From IMG/VR virus record IMGVR_UViG_3300042508_000910: DNA of 64,000 bases; one strand, given 5' to 3'. The position numbers and the translations under genes were made by a program. The notes beneath the pieces are model-generated. The model was given only the letters and a program-made list of their open reading frames with translations. It was not told the DNA's origin and did not search any database. Of the stretch, positions 8,644 through 18,136 are shown piece after piece. The DNA is from a virus. Each line of letters starts with the position of its first letter. The first letter of the stretch is position 1.

Positions 8644-11184
8644 TTATTTTTCTTTAATTTCTCCAAGTTTCATAAATATCTTATGATCTTGAATAGCTAT
8701 TAAGTCTGCAAAAACTGAATCTTCACTCTTTTTCCTTCCTCGAACAATTACTATATTATTTTCGTCTGGTAATACATTATTCATTTCTTTACATTCTTCA
8801 ATCTTATCGTTAAATATGAGAGCATTAATACTAGATGTTTCATCTTGAATATTAAGTCTTAGATATCTTGTCTTTTTACTGTTATTTGCCACGCCTAAAT
8901 ATTGGTCTTTAATAACCCCGATAAATAAAACTGGCAATCCTTCTGGAGCCTCATTAACTTCTCTAATATTAAGAAGATCTGGCTTTTGATCAGAAAAAAT
9001 ATCTTTTAATGTTGTATTATATGTATAACCTAATAGTTTATTTTCATAATACCAATTTGCAAATCTTTCGTTTTTACTATTCTGCTCGTAAATCTTCTTA
9101 TATGGTGTGTACGCTTTCCTAATTGTCTCTAGTCTAGAGTCTTTAATTATGTTCTTGCCTTTCTCGTCTTTAGTAGAATTAAGAAATTTAATTATCTTAA
9201 ATAGATCGTAATCAAATTTCTCTCCATACATCATTGCATATTTTTGTTCATTTTGATTAAGTATATTCCAAAGTTGAGCTTCTAAAACCACTTTACTTCT
9301 TGATTGTTTAAAGTTTTCTAAAGCTCCAGCTTGTATTAGCGGGGACAATACTCTAATAGATAGTTTAGCTTGTTGGGCAGATTTGAATACATCAAATTTT
9401 GTAGCATACTTATTCCTAAAATTATTAAGTCTTTCAATTGATTTATCTGATATACCCTTAATTGATAAAAGGCCGAATCTAATATCTTTATCTTCCACGC
9501 TAAAATCCATTTCAGACTTTACTATATGCGGTGGTAATAATTTAATATTAAATAGATCCATCTCTTTATGAATTTTAGATATTTCTGCAATAGGATCTGG
9601 TTCGAACCTAGTCATCTTTAGCAAAGATAAAAAGAATTCTTTGGGGTATTTAAATTTTAAATAGATTGTAATTGCTGCCAAAGCTGCATAACTTTGACTA
9701 TGACTTGCATTAAAAGAATAGTTTGCAGAATCTTCTAAGATCTTCCAAAGAACTTCTCCAACTTCTTTTGGTAGATTATTTTTTGTACATTTCTTTTCAA
9801 TCTTTTCTTTCCAAGCTTTAATTTCTTCTACCTTTTTCTTTCCTACAATTCTTCTTAGAATTTCTGCCTCGTCTAATGTAAATCCTATCTTATGTGCCAT
9901 TTGCATAAGCTGTTCTTGATAAAGAGCTACGCCCCCAGTTCTCTTTAGAATATCATCAAAAAATGGATGAATCGATTGAAAGTCTCCAGTTTCTACATAT
10001 TTAGCGTATTGATCTACGAATTGCAAAGCTCCAGGTCTAGCAAGAGCTAATACTCCACTCAATTCTTCTGAGTTTCTAGGCTTAACTTTTTTACAAACTT
10101 TAAAATTAGTATCTGCTTCAATTTGAAAAAGACCATGTGGACTTTTAAGGTCTTGCAATTGTTGGTAAATAAAATTATCTTCTATATCAATATCTTCAAT
10201 ATTTTTATTGATCATGCTACATACATCATAGACTACGGATACGCTTCTTAAACCTAATAAGTCTAGCTTAACATTAAATTGACTAATATCATTCATATCA
10301 AATGCGCTTACAGGCTCTTTGTCAGATGATAACTCTAATGGACAAGCATCGGAAAGTGGACTATGAGAAATTTGGACTCCAGATGGATGTACGCCTTTAT
10401 TTTTAATAAGATTGCGAAGCTTTAGAGCTATATTATATATCTCTGAATTTTCATCACACCATTCTTTAAACTTTTCTACCTCTGTATAAGCGTCAGCAAT
10501 ATCTTTAACTTGACCGAAAACCTTTGGAATTAAAGAGCTTACTCCAGTCATTTCAGTCTCACTTTTTTCATCAACAATCTTACCGCACTCTTTAATTAAT
10601 AGCTTTCCACTCAAAGTATTAAATGTAAGAATCTTGCTTATTCTATTAGGGAATATTTCATTAAGGAAATCTATAACTTTATGTCTATTATAATAACAAA
10701 TATCCAAATCTACGTCACACATTAAACTGCCGTCTAGATACGTTATTCCATCAACAACCTGCTTTTTAGCTCGAATCTTAGATATAAATCTTTCAAAATA
10801 AAGGTTATGTTTAATTGGGTCAATCTTTGTCACCCCAATAAGATATAAAATAAGACTTCCTGCTGCACTTCCTCGACCTAGACCAGTTGGTATTTTATTC
10901 TCTTTGCAATAATCAATAACAAGCCAAACTAAAATAATATAATCAATAAAGCCTAAATCTTCTATAATCTCAAATTCATGATCGAGTCTCTTTTTGTATT
11001 CTTTGCTTTGTGGTAAATTTGAATAAGCAAGCTTTTTTAAGAATTCTGTATTTGATGCATCTTCTGATAAACCTAGATTTCTTTTATGATCTACCTTTAC
11101 TTTAAATTCTGGTAGTCTTACTCCATACAAAGGCAAATCAATCTTATCGAATGAATTAACAAAATCAGAACTCTTCGTCATCAT
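8644..11184 (-). CDS. dnaE: DNA polymerase III alpha, catalytic core lacking the PHP domain
   Basis: GLGRGSAAGSL, CDVDLD, HPSG, KLDLLGL, LYQEQ, YSFNASH, IRFGLLSIKG, C-terminal OB fold. Confidence 0.95.
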   Translation of the reverse strand: MMTKSSDFVNSFDKIDLPLYGVRLPEFKVKVDHKRNLGLSEDASNTEFLKKLAYSNLPQSKEYKKRLDHEFEIIEDLGFIDYIILVWLVIDYCKENKIPTGLGRGSAAGSLILYLIGVTKIDPIKHNLYFERFISKIRAKKQVVDGITYLDGSLMCDVDLDICYYNRHKVIDFLNEIFPNRISKILTFNTLSGKLLIKECGKIVDEKSETEMTGVSSLIPKVFGQVKDIADAYTEVEKFKEWCDENSEIYNIALKLRNLIKNKGVHPSGVQISHSPLSDACPLELSSDKEPVSAFDMNDISQFNVKLDLLGLRSVSVVYDVCSMINKNIEDIDIEDNFIYQQLQDLKSPHGLFQIEADTNFKVCKKVKPRNSEELSGVLALARPGALQFVDQYAKYVETGDFQSIHPFFDDILKRTGGVALYQEQLMQMAHKIGFTLDEAEILRRIVGKKKVEEIKAWKEKIEKKCTKNNLPKEVGEVLWKILEDSANYSFNASHSQSYAALAAITIYLKFKYPKEFFLSLLKMTRFEPDPIAEISKIHKEMDLFNIKLLPPHIVKSEMDFSVEDKDIRFGLLSIKGISDKSIERLNNFRNKYATKFDVFKSAQQAKLSIRVLSPLIQAGALENFKQSRSKVVLEAQLWNILNQNEQKYAMMYGEKFDYDLFKIIKFLNSTKDEKGKNIIKDSRLETIRKAYTPYKKIYEQNSKNERFANWYYENKLLGYTYNTTLKDIFSDQKPDLLNIREVNEAPEGLPVLFIGVIKDQYLGVANNSKKTRYLRLNIQDETSSINALIFNDKIEECKEMNNVLPDENNIVIVRGRKKSEDSVFADLIAIQDHKIFMKLGEIKEK

Positions 11185-11413
11185 TTTTCTTCTTACGCTT
11201 TTTCCTAGATTTATTAATAGATTTATCTAAATTTTGTTGAAATTCGGTTAGGCCTTCTTTTAAGGCGGCGAAAGATTTTTCTTCGTTATTTAATGAATAG
11301 AATACATCTGCTTTACTATTAGTCTTGCCGTGTTGTAAAGTTATTAAAAGATAATCAATATTCTCTTTTTCAAACTTATTCAATATATCGTATATAAAAT
11401 CCATTGATGCCAT
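11165..11413 (-). CDS. Hypothetical protein (likely start MASMDF at 11413)
   Basis: Upstream promoter places the start at 11413 rather than 11485; basic then acidic C-terminus. Confidence 0.6.
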   Translation of the reverse strand: MASMDFIYDILNKFEKENIDYLLITLQHGKTNSKADVFYSLNNEEKSFAALKEGLTEFQQNLDKSINKSRKKRKKKNDDEEF

Positions 11414-11422
11414 AATAAAAGT

Positions 11423-11451
11423 ATTATATGTGTTTATTGTTCTAAATGCAA
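11423..11451 (-). promoter_or_regulatory. Sigma70-type promoter for the hypothetical-dnaE core unit
   Basis: TTGCAT-17-TATAAT, 9 nt before the ATG at 11413. Confidence 0.65.
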
Positions 11452-12093
11452 TCAAATATTTACCATGTATTTGATTTTGTTCCAAACCTTAAAATTTAAC
11501 TCCAAATCTGAGAGTGCGTTATGTAGTGAATCATAATCGTGTTGTATATCTAAATCTTTTCCAGCTGCAGTTAAATTTGTTCTCACATTTTTGACTTTAG
11601 TATGATAAAGTTTGTACATATATTCTGGCAGACTTTCTTTTTTAGAATCGAATGAGTTTGAGGTTTTAATACCTTTATATAGAAGATTTGTATCAATAGA
11701 TTTTTTAATAAAATCAAAAGGCTTTAAACCCATAAATTTATAATATTCACTTAACATATAAAGATCAAATCCTAAGATATTATGCCCAACAATATAATCC
11801 GCTTTTTCTAACCAATCTTGCATTGTTGGAAAAAATGCTTCTGGTGATATACCATGTTTTTCGATATTCTTTGGATCATATCTTGTTATTCTTGCCGCAT
11901 CTTTACTTACTTTAAGATGAGTATTCCATTTTAAATAGACATCTTTAGAATCAATAATTCTATCTCCTTGACATTTAAGCATAGCTATTTGCCAAGGTCT
12001 ATTATGACAATAATTTAAACATAAATTAAATGTCTCACAATCTATAAAAACTAATGTTTTATTCTTATCGAATCTTAGTAGATGTTCATCCAT
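11452..12093 (-). CDS. DEDDh 3'-5' exonuclease (DnaQ/epsilon-like)
   Basis: FIDCET, GHNILGFD, HNALSD. Confidence 0.9.
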   Translation of the reverse strand: MDEHLLRFDKNKTLVFIDCETFNLCLNYCHNRPWQIAMLKCQGDRIIDSKDVYLKWNTHLKVSKDAARITRYDPKNIEKHGISPEAFFPTMQDWLEKADYIVGHNILGFDLYMLSEYYKFMGLKPFDFIKKSIDTNLLYKGIKTSNSFDSKKESLPEYMYKLYHTKVKNVRTNLTAAGKDLDIQHDYDSLHNALSDLELNFKVWNKIKYMVNI

Positions 12094-12637
12094 TGTTATA
12101 TCCTATATCTTTGAATGGGTCTTCAATTTCTAAATCTTTTTTATATTTTTCATATAATTCGTATGGCATCTCTTTATCTCTAATATTATAGTGCCATTCT
12201 AAATGTTCAACCTTATTTTGAAAGATCCATTCACCATTATTCTCTGTTAAGTTGTATAAATGAAACTTTCTAATGCAATCTGAAAAAGCCACAATATATA
12301 CTGGGCATCTAAGTAGCTCTGCAATATCAACGCTAATAGCTCTTTGTTTATCCCTTATACAATATCTATAAATAATAGAATCAAAATAATTTTGTGAAGG
12401 AGTCCATATGTAATTATCTATCCTTGTTAACTCTAATACTGCAACAGGGATATTTTTATGATTCTTTATTTTAAGACATATTAAATCTTGATCTATTGCA
12501 TAAAGTCCATTTTGTTCGTATAAAAATTTTCTATAATCAATAGTTCTATCTTCATTATCTGCTCTTTGACGGACTTTTGATCCGTATTCATTAACTATTT
12601 TTTCTATTGTTTTCATTTTTTGTTTTGTTCTAGCCAA
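12086..12637 (-). CDS. Hypothetical protein, possible PD-(D/E)XK fold
   Basis: YAIDQD...PVAVLEL, then a helix and CPVYIVAF. Confidence 0.4.
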   Translation of the reverse strand: MARTKQKMKTIEKIVNEYGSKVRQRADNEDRTIDYRKFLYEQNGLYAIDQDLICLKIKNHKNIPVAVLELTRIDNYIWTPSQNYFDSIIYRYCIRDKQRAISVDIAELLRCPVYIVAFSDCIRKFHLYNLTENNGEWIFQNKVEHLEWHYNIRDKEMPYELYEKYKKDLEIEDPFKDIGYNNG

Positions 12638-13374
12638 CTTTCAAGACAAAATTCATCACTAGACATATGCTCTATCTCTGGCTTATTTAGGGTGGTTCTA
12701 TTGTTAATACATCTGAACGTTAAAAAGCTTTTAAAATCTTTTTTATTCTTATAGTAAATACTCTTTGTTCGTAGAATATCAAGATTATTTAATTTAGCAA
12801 ACTCTATCATTTTATCTTTAACCAAAGGATCAAATATAAGAGAATTATCTTCTATAAAAACTGTTGGCTTATAGTTCTCTATAAATGGAACACATTGATA
12901 ACCTTTTAGAGTGTTATTGAAGATAAAATTATCATAAAATGGTATAGCAATTTTTATATTTTCATTAAAACATTCTTTTAAAGAATTCATATCTAATCTT
13001 GGCGTATAATAAAAACCTTCTACGCTTGCTTTTGTCCATAACTTAATAAGAGTTTTATATCCTTCGTTTCCATTAGCGAATATAATTAATTTGTGATGTT
13101 TCTTAAGCTCATCTTCATTTTTATTATTTATATTATCACAGAATATAAATTTAATGCCAAATATTAGATCAATATTATTTGCTTTCAAATTTTTGAAAGC
13201 CTGAAGAAAACCGCTAAAACAATCTTCTACAAGAAATACCTTTTTTAACTTACAATCTCTTGCTATCTGTATTATAGAATCTGGTTCGTTTTCTTCAGAG
13301 GTCTCTTCTTCAAGAGTTAATATACTTTTTCCTATTGAAAAGTGACTCTTAAAAAGAGGTATTACGTTGTGCAT
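12613..13374 (-). CDS. Stand-alone PHP domain of DNA polymerase III alpha
   Basis: PLFKSHFSIGKS, LIFGIKF, ANGNEGYKTLIKL, GFYYTPRLD match the DnaE N-terminal PHP domain. Confidence 0.85.
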   Translation of the reverse strand: MHNVIPLFKSHFSIGKSILTLEEETSEENEPDSIIQIARDCKLKKVFLVEDCFSGFLQAFKNLKANNIDLIFGIKFIFCDNINNKNEDELKKHHKLIIFANGNEGYKTLIKLWTKASVEGFYYTPRLDMNSLKECFNENIKIAIPFYDNFIFNNTLKGYQCVPFIENYKPTVFIEDNSLIFDPLVKDKMIEFAKLNNLDILRTKSIYYKNKKDFKSFLTFRCINNRTTLNKPEIEHMSSDEFCLESWLEQNKK

Positions 13375-13380
13375 TTCTTA

Positions 13381-13409
13381 TTTATACTATATTCTATTTT
13401 ATATGTCAA
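13381..13409 (-). promoter_or_regulatory. Sigma70-type promoter, leaderless
   Basis: TTGACA-17-TATAAA, 6 nt before the ATG at 13374. Confidence 0.65.
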
Positions 13410-14398
13410 GATAAATCATCAAAATCATCTTTAGCTTTCGGAGACATTTCTTCTAGTATATCTTCAGATGATTTATTAATTGAAACATTATTAAATCTTG
13501 GACATCCTGCATATTTTCTTTTTTCTATTTTAAATCCTTTAACATCTTTAAAATTGCCATCAAAATTAGATTCAATAATTTCATTCTTTTCGTTTAATTT
13601 AACATGATATTCAAAAGAGTCTTTATATGGACATTTCCAATTTCCAACTCCACACATCCATTTGCTTTTTGGATTATCTAGAGCGAAATTAGATTCTGCG
13701 CTTTTTATATCAAAATTATTAACATGAGCATTAACGTATTCAAGATAATGTTCAAATCCTTTGATTTGATTATCGTCAAATTGAAGCTCTTGAATTGGTT
13801 GTTTTGGAAATCTTAAGAAGAGGAACTTTACAACTGGCTTTAATTTGGGCCATAGCTTTTTACTTGCTAGACTATACATCATAGCTTGAATATTAGCTTC
13901 TAGATCATCCCCTCTAAATTTAGCTTTTGAGCTTTTGTAATCAACTATTACCATTTTATCTTTTGTTTTAATAGGCTTATCAATAAACCCCTTAACATGA
14001 TATTTTGGGTTATCGCTCTTTATCTCAAAAGCATATTCTGGTGCAACAATTTTACCTTCTTCACCATAAAAATCATGCTTTAATCCTACGAGAATCATCT
14101 CATCCAATACTTCAAAATTTGATATATTTAATGGGGCTTGGTTCATTAACTTAATTACTAGTCGTTCTATAGCCTTACTACCTTTAATAGAATTCTTTTT
14201 AATAATTGAATTAAAATGTTTTTTATGTTTCTTATTTAAAAGCAATTCAAATATCTTATGACATACTGTTCCTCTCAATGCTCCGTCATTTTGAGTCTGA
14301 GGGATTTTAGTATGATAGTTATTCCAATAAACCCAAGAACAAGTTTCTAGGGTTTTAATCCTTGAAGCTGATAATATTTTTAAAGATTTGTTTTCCAT
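13406..14398 (-). CDS. Cas4/AddB-like PD-(D/E)XK exonuclease
   Basis: LSASRI..C, GTVCH, GFIDK, IVDYKS, QAMMY, C-terminal Cys cluster. Confidence 0.85.
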   Translation of the reverse strand: MENKSLKILSASRIKTLETCSWVYWNNYHTKIPQTQNDGALRGTVCHKIFELLLNKKHKKHFNSIIKKNSIKGSKAIERLVIKLMNQAPLNISNFEVLDEMILVGLKHDFYGEEGKIVAPEYAFEIKSDNPKYHVKGFIDKPIKTKDKMVIVDYKSSKAKFRGDDLEANIQAMMYSLASKKLWPKLKPVVKFLFLRFPKQPIQELQFDDNQIKGFEHYLEYVNAHVNNFDIKSAESNFALDNPKSKWMCGVGNWKCPYKDSFEYHVKLNEKNEIIESNFDGNFKDVKGFKIEKRKYAGCPRFNNVSINKSSEDILEEMSPKAKDDFDDLS

Positions 14399-15288
14399 TG
14401 TAAAATCTCTTCCTTTTTCATCTCTCCAAAATCTTTCTTTGTTGGTAATCTGATTTCAATATGATGTTTATCAAAATGTTTTAATAATTTATCTTTAGCT
14501 TTTTCTGCAGCCATATTTCCAGCGTTATTATTTTGACTATCATTATTAAAAGATATGTAAATTTTATTTGGGTTTAATATTAGCAATGTATTGAGTATGC
14601 TTATGCTTAAATTTAATCCAAAAGTAACTATAGTATTCTTTACTCCAGCATCCCATAAACTTAGCATATCTCCTATGCTTTCAATTAGAAAGATATCTTT
14701 TGAGTTGTTTAAAATATCATAGTTTACTTGAGTAGGATATATCCAGTTACTTTTATCTCCCACTAGTTTCCATTTTGGACTCATTTTTTCATTTCGATTT
14801 AGAATATCTCTTCCTGCAACGCCTATTAATTGTCCATCTTTATTAAAAATTGGAAATACATATCTACCTTTCATCCTACCTTCTGTTAAAATACCGCCTT
14901 CAAAAATATTAGTTGTTTCATCGCTAATGTTTCTTTTATGCCAAAATGAATTATCTTTTACAAGTTTAGATAGAATATCTTTTGGATAGCATTTTACTTG
15001 TTTTATCTCTGGCTTCTTATAAACTGTATAGGTATTTGTATTTGGTAATTTTTGGTTAATCCATTCTTTAGCTTCAGAATTATTTGGTAAATTTAAAGTC
15101 ATTCTAACTAGATCTTGAAGGTTGCCAGTTATATTCTCTTTATAATCAACCCATTTGCCACTATCTTTATAGATAACTAGAACATTTTCATTATCTGAAT
15201 CTCTATATAGGGGTTTTGTTCGATACTCTTTTGAGTATTCTTTTAAAGAGTAACCTAAATTAGATAAAATTTCTCTTATGTTTTCCAT
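14380..15288 (-). CDS. DnaG-like primase (TOPRIM)
   Basis: RYVFPI...GVAGRD, LIESIGD, FNND, KDFGEM. Confidence 0.85.
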   Translation of the reverse strand: MENIREILSNLGYSLKEYSKEYRTKPLYRDSDNENVLVIYKDSGKWVDYKENITGNLQDLVRMTLNLPNNSEAKEWINQKLPNTNTYTVYKKPEIKQVKCYPKDILSKLVKDNSFWHKRNISDETTNIFEGGILTEGRMKGRYVFPIFNKDGQLIGVAGRDILNRNEKMSPKWKLVGDKSNWIYPTQVNYDILNNSKDIFLIESIGDMLSLWDAGVKNTIVTFGLNLSISILNTLLILNPNKIYISFNNDSQNNNAGNMAAEKAKDKLLKHFDKHHIEIRLPTKKDFGEMKKEEILQWKTNL

Positions 15289-15932
15289 TGTAAAGCTTCG
15301 CTAATAGTTGGAAATTCTTTAATAAAGATTTTCTTACATCTATCTGCAATAATTCTGTGTTCTTTTTGAGTATTCTGCTCAGTCCTTAAATCTAGATAAT
15401 GTATCCAACTTCTAAGTGAGCCTTTCATATACATTGTAGTTTCTGTAGTTAACGGAAGTATCATTCTAGCCACTTCTTTTGCTACTCCATTCTCTATCAT
15501 AGTCTCGTAGCAATGTTGTGATAGTGAAGCGGATTCTGCAATTAAATTACTTATATTCTCATATGCTGGATGATTAACCGACATGAGATTTTCTCCTACT
15601 TGTCTATTTTTATCTCCTTGCATTCTTAATTCTATATCTTCAAATTGCGTTGCTAAACTATATCTTTGACTAAACTCTTGAAATGAAAAAGAGCGATGTC
15701 TAAGTATTTGTGCGGCGATAGCTCTGCTAGTTTTAATCTCAACAGTCATATCCACCATCTCAAATGGAGACCAATGCTTGTGTTTAATTAAAAATCCTAA
15801 TAGTTTAGGCGCAGTTTCAGTATTTATTTGATTAGAAGGATTACTTACTCTTGCACAATAAGCGACTAAATCTTCTGCGTTATCTATTCCATCTATGTAT
15901 GGTTGAGTAATTGATATTAATTTAACATTCAT
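15276..15932 (-). CDS. thyX: Flavin-dependent thymidylate synthase
   Basis: HWSPFEM, RHRSFSFQEFSQRY, ARMILP. Confidence 0.97.
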   Translation of the reverse strand: MNVKLISITQPYIDGIDNAEDLVAYCARVSNPSNQINTETAPKLLGFLIKHKHWSPFEMVDMTVEIKTSRAIAAQILRHRSFSFQEFSQRYSLATQFEDIELRMQGDKNRQVGENLMSVNHPAYENISNLIAESASLSQHCYETMIENGVAKEVARMILPLTTETTMYMKGSLRSWIHYLDLRTEQNTQKEHRIIADRCKKIFIKEFPTISEALQWKT

Positions 15933-17419
15933 AATAATTCTCCATCTTCATTTGATCCTCCTTGATCAAACTCTAATCTTTCGTTTTCTGCATCAACTAT
16001 TTCTCTTAAAGTTCCTCTTTCTTCTACATTAAAATTACCAACTTCAAAATTAATATAGTTATTAAAATACTTAAATTCATTCTCTCCAGTTCTTCTACGA
16101 ACTAGATCATGATGTCCTGTGCCTTCTCTTCCTTGGAAGCGCGTTTTAATTGCTATTAATTTATGTGTTCCAAATTGTTCGCCATCTGTTTGAATTTCGT
16201 CTTGAGTTTTTCTTCTAAAGATACCTACAAAAGAAGCAAACCATTGCATACGATCTGATAGCGATATCGCAGAACTATCATCTGTTACTTGGCTTGCATT
16301 TCTATTAAAATTTTCTCCAGTTCTATTTAATTGCATTGCGGTTATAACTGGACATTTAATTTCTTCTGAGATTCTTTTTAGTTTATCAATCTTTTCTCCG
16401 ATAGCTTGATGTTCTGCCCAATTTTGGCTAACCTTTTCACCAGTTAGTTTAATATAATCATAAGCTATAAGCGCCTGATTGCCTCTGCCAACTTTAGTAT
16501 AATACCATCTACGAATAATAGAAGCTACTTCATCAACATTCTTATTTGCCACATGATAATGATAATGTGTCATCCCTTTGACTTTTGGCCATGCATCACG
16601 CACTTTTTGAATCATTTCTGGATTCTTTCTCCAATTTCCAGTTTCAATAAACCATAGTGGAACTCCAGATATACTAGCTACAAGTCTCATTTGAGTATCT
16701 AAAGTACTCATTTCTGTATCAAGAATTAGAGCCTTTGTATTTTTATTACAAGTATTAGCAGTTTTATAGCATATATCATTTAACCATGTACTCTTACCTT
16801 GGCCAGGTCTACTTACTATAGAATAAATATTCCCCTGTTTTAAGCCTCCATATAGATTATTAAAATTGTTATATGGAGTTCTTAAGCCAGTCTCTTCTCT
16901 TGGATTATTACCTATCTCTTCGATAATATTCTCCATCTCTTCAAATAGATTAACTGGTTCTCCTTCTAGATAATACTGAGTGACTTTATTATTATAAATC
17001 TCGTCTACTTTAGATACTATTGCATCAATACCATCTTCTGCATTTTCTTTAACATATTTCTTTACGTTCTCTGCGGTTTCAAAAAGTTCTCTTCTTACTT
17101 TTATCTTACTTAATTCCTTGCATGCATTTAAAGTTCCTTGAGGATTAATTTGAGTTAATGCAAGTGCGTCAATATAAGAAAATATATCAATTTCATCTTT
17201 GAAAGATATACCAAGATTTTTAATCTTTTGAGCTAAAAGAACTTTATCTATTTTATTATTTTTATTAAGCTCGTCTTTTATACAAGAGAAAATAGTGCTA
17301 TGAACATCATTAAAAAAGTCTTTTTCAGAAATAAATCTTGATACATCAAAAAATACTTCTGGATTCCTAATTAATCCACCAAGAACATGACGTTCAACTT
17401 GAACTGAATATATGGGCAT
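15929..17419 (-). CDS. dnaB: Replicative DNA helicase
   Basis: SRPGQGKST, DTEM, YDYIKL, MQLNR; DnaB N-domain. Confidence 0.92.
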   Translation of the reverse strand: MPIYSVQVERHVLGGLIRNPEVFFDVSRFISEKDFFNDVHSTIFSCIKDELNKNNKIDKVLLAQKIKNLGISFKDEIDIFSYIDALALTQINPQGTLNACKELSKIKVRRELFETAENVKKYVKENAEDGIDAIVSKVDEIYNNKVTQYYLEGEPVNLFEEMENIIEEIGNNPREETGLRTPYNNFNNLYGGLKQGNIYSIVSRPGQGKSTWLNDICYKTANTCNKNTKALILDTEMSTLDTQMRLVASISGVPLWFIETGNWRKNPEMIQKVRDAWPKVKGMTHYHYHVANKNVDEVASIIRRWYYTKVGRGNQALIAYDYIKLTGEKVSQNWAEHQAIGEKIDKLKRISEEIKCPVITAMQLNRTGENFNRNASQVTDDSSAISLSDRMQWFASFVGIFRRKTQDEIQTDGEQFGTHKLIAIKTRFQGREGTGHHDLVRRRTGENEFKYFNNYINFEVGNFNVEERGTLREIVDAENERLEFDQGGSNEDGELL

Positions 17420-17425
17420 ACAAGA

Positions 17426-17454
17426 ATTCTAGTATATATTTGACTTTTAGTCAA
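17426..17454 (-). promoter_or_regulatory. Sigma70-type promoter, leaderless
   Basis: TTGACT-17-TAGAAT, 6 nt before the dnaB ATG. Confidence 0.7.
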
Positions 17455-17703
17455 CTATTCTTTTTTCTTGCGTTTCTTTTTACCAATATCAGCAATATTT
17501 TGTATTGTGCATTCAATATTTAAAGAATTTATAGCTTCTGTCCAATAATTCACATATTGTTGTAATGCCATAGCATTTAATTGATTATCGAACTTTGTCA
17601 TTACTTGAGGATCGCCTTCTCCATTAAAATTAAATAAAATAAATCCGCCAAACGAATTCTCATTTAATGCTTCCAGTAACGACTTGGGAAAATCTTTCTG
17701 CAC
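17455..17703 (-). CDS. Hypothetical protein
   Basis: 82 aa ORF preceded by GTGTAA (17712-17717). Confidence 0.6.
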   Translation of the reverse strand: MQKDFPKSLLEALNENSFGGFILFNFNGEGDPQVMTKFDNQLNAMALQQYVNYWTEAINSLNIECTIQNIADIGKKKRKKKE

Positions 17704-17716
17704 ATAAAAATTTACA

Positions 17717-18136
17717 CTAAAATATGTTAATATCGAAATTTTGAGAAAAGAAATTGGGTGATAGATTTTTTAAATCTTTTTCATATATTTCAATCAATTT
17801 AAAATTATTTTTTTCTAGCCATTGAGCTTTTTTACAATCTCTTTTTATGCTTTGAAGATAATTCATTCTTGAATTTGCATGAAAAAATTCGTTAAAGCTT
17901 TCGTGTTGTTCGCCATTTATCTCTACTGCGATTCGTTTTGTTGCATTTAATAAATCCACTTTCATTAAAGATCCGTAAACTGGAAATTCTTCATAGACAA
18001 TATGATTTTTCCAATACTGCTGAAAGAATTTTTTTACATTAAATTGTATTTTGCTACGACTAGGCTTATCCCAATTAACTAAATACTTTGAGACATTTTT
18101 ATTTACAAGCTTGCCATTTAAGCTATACAACCTCAT
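17717..18136 (-). CDS. Vsr/DUF559-like endonuclease
   Basis: EEFPV...VDLL...IAVEINGEQH...RDCKK. Confidence 0.75.
   Translation of the reverse strand: MRLYSLNGKLVNKNVSKYLVNWDKPSRSKIQFNVKKFFQQYWKNHIVYEEFPVYGSLMKVDLLNATKRIAVEINGEQHESFNEFFHANSRMNYLQSIKRDCKKAQWLEKNNFKLIEIYEKDLKNLSPNFFSQNFDINIF

Noticed and set aside
8644-13374. Split intein or group I intron in dnaE
   Set aside because: No intein terminal motifs or intron core; the intervening DNA is ordinary genes with promoters.
13406-14398. CRISPR-Cas locus (Cas4-like gene)
   Set aside because: No array or other cas genes; the context is phage replication.
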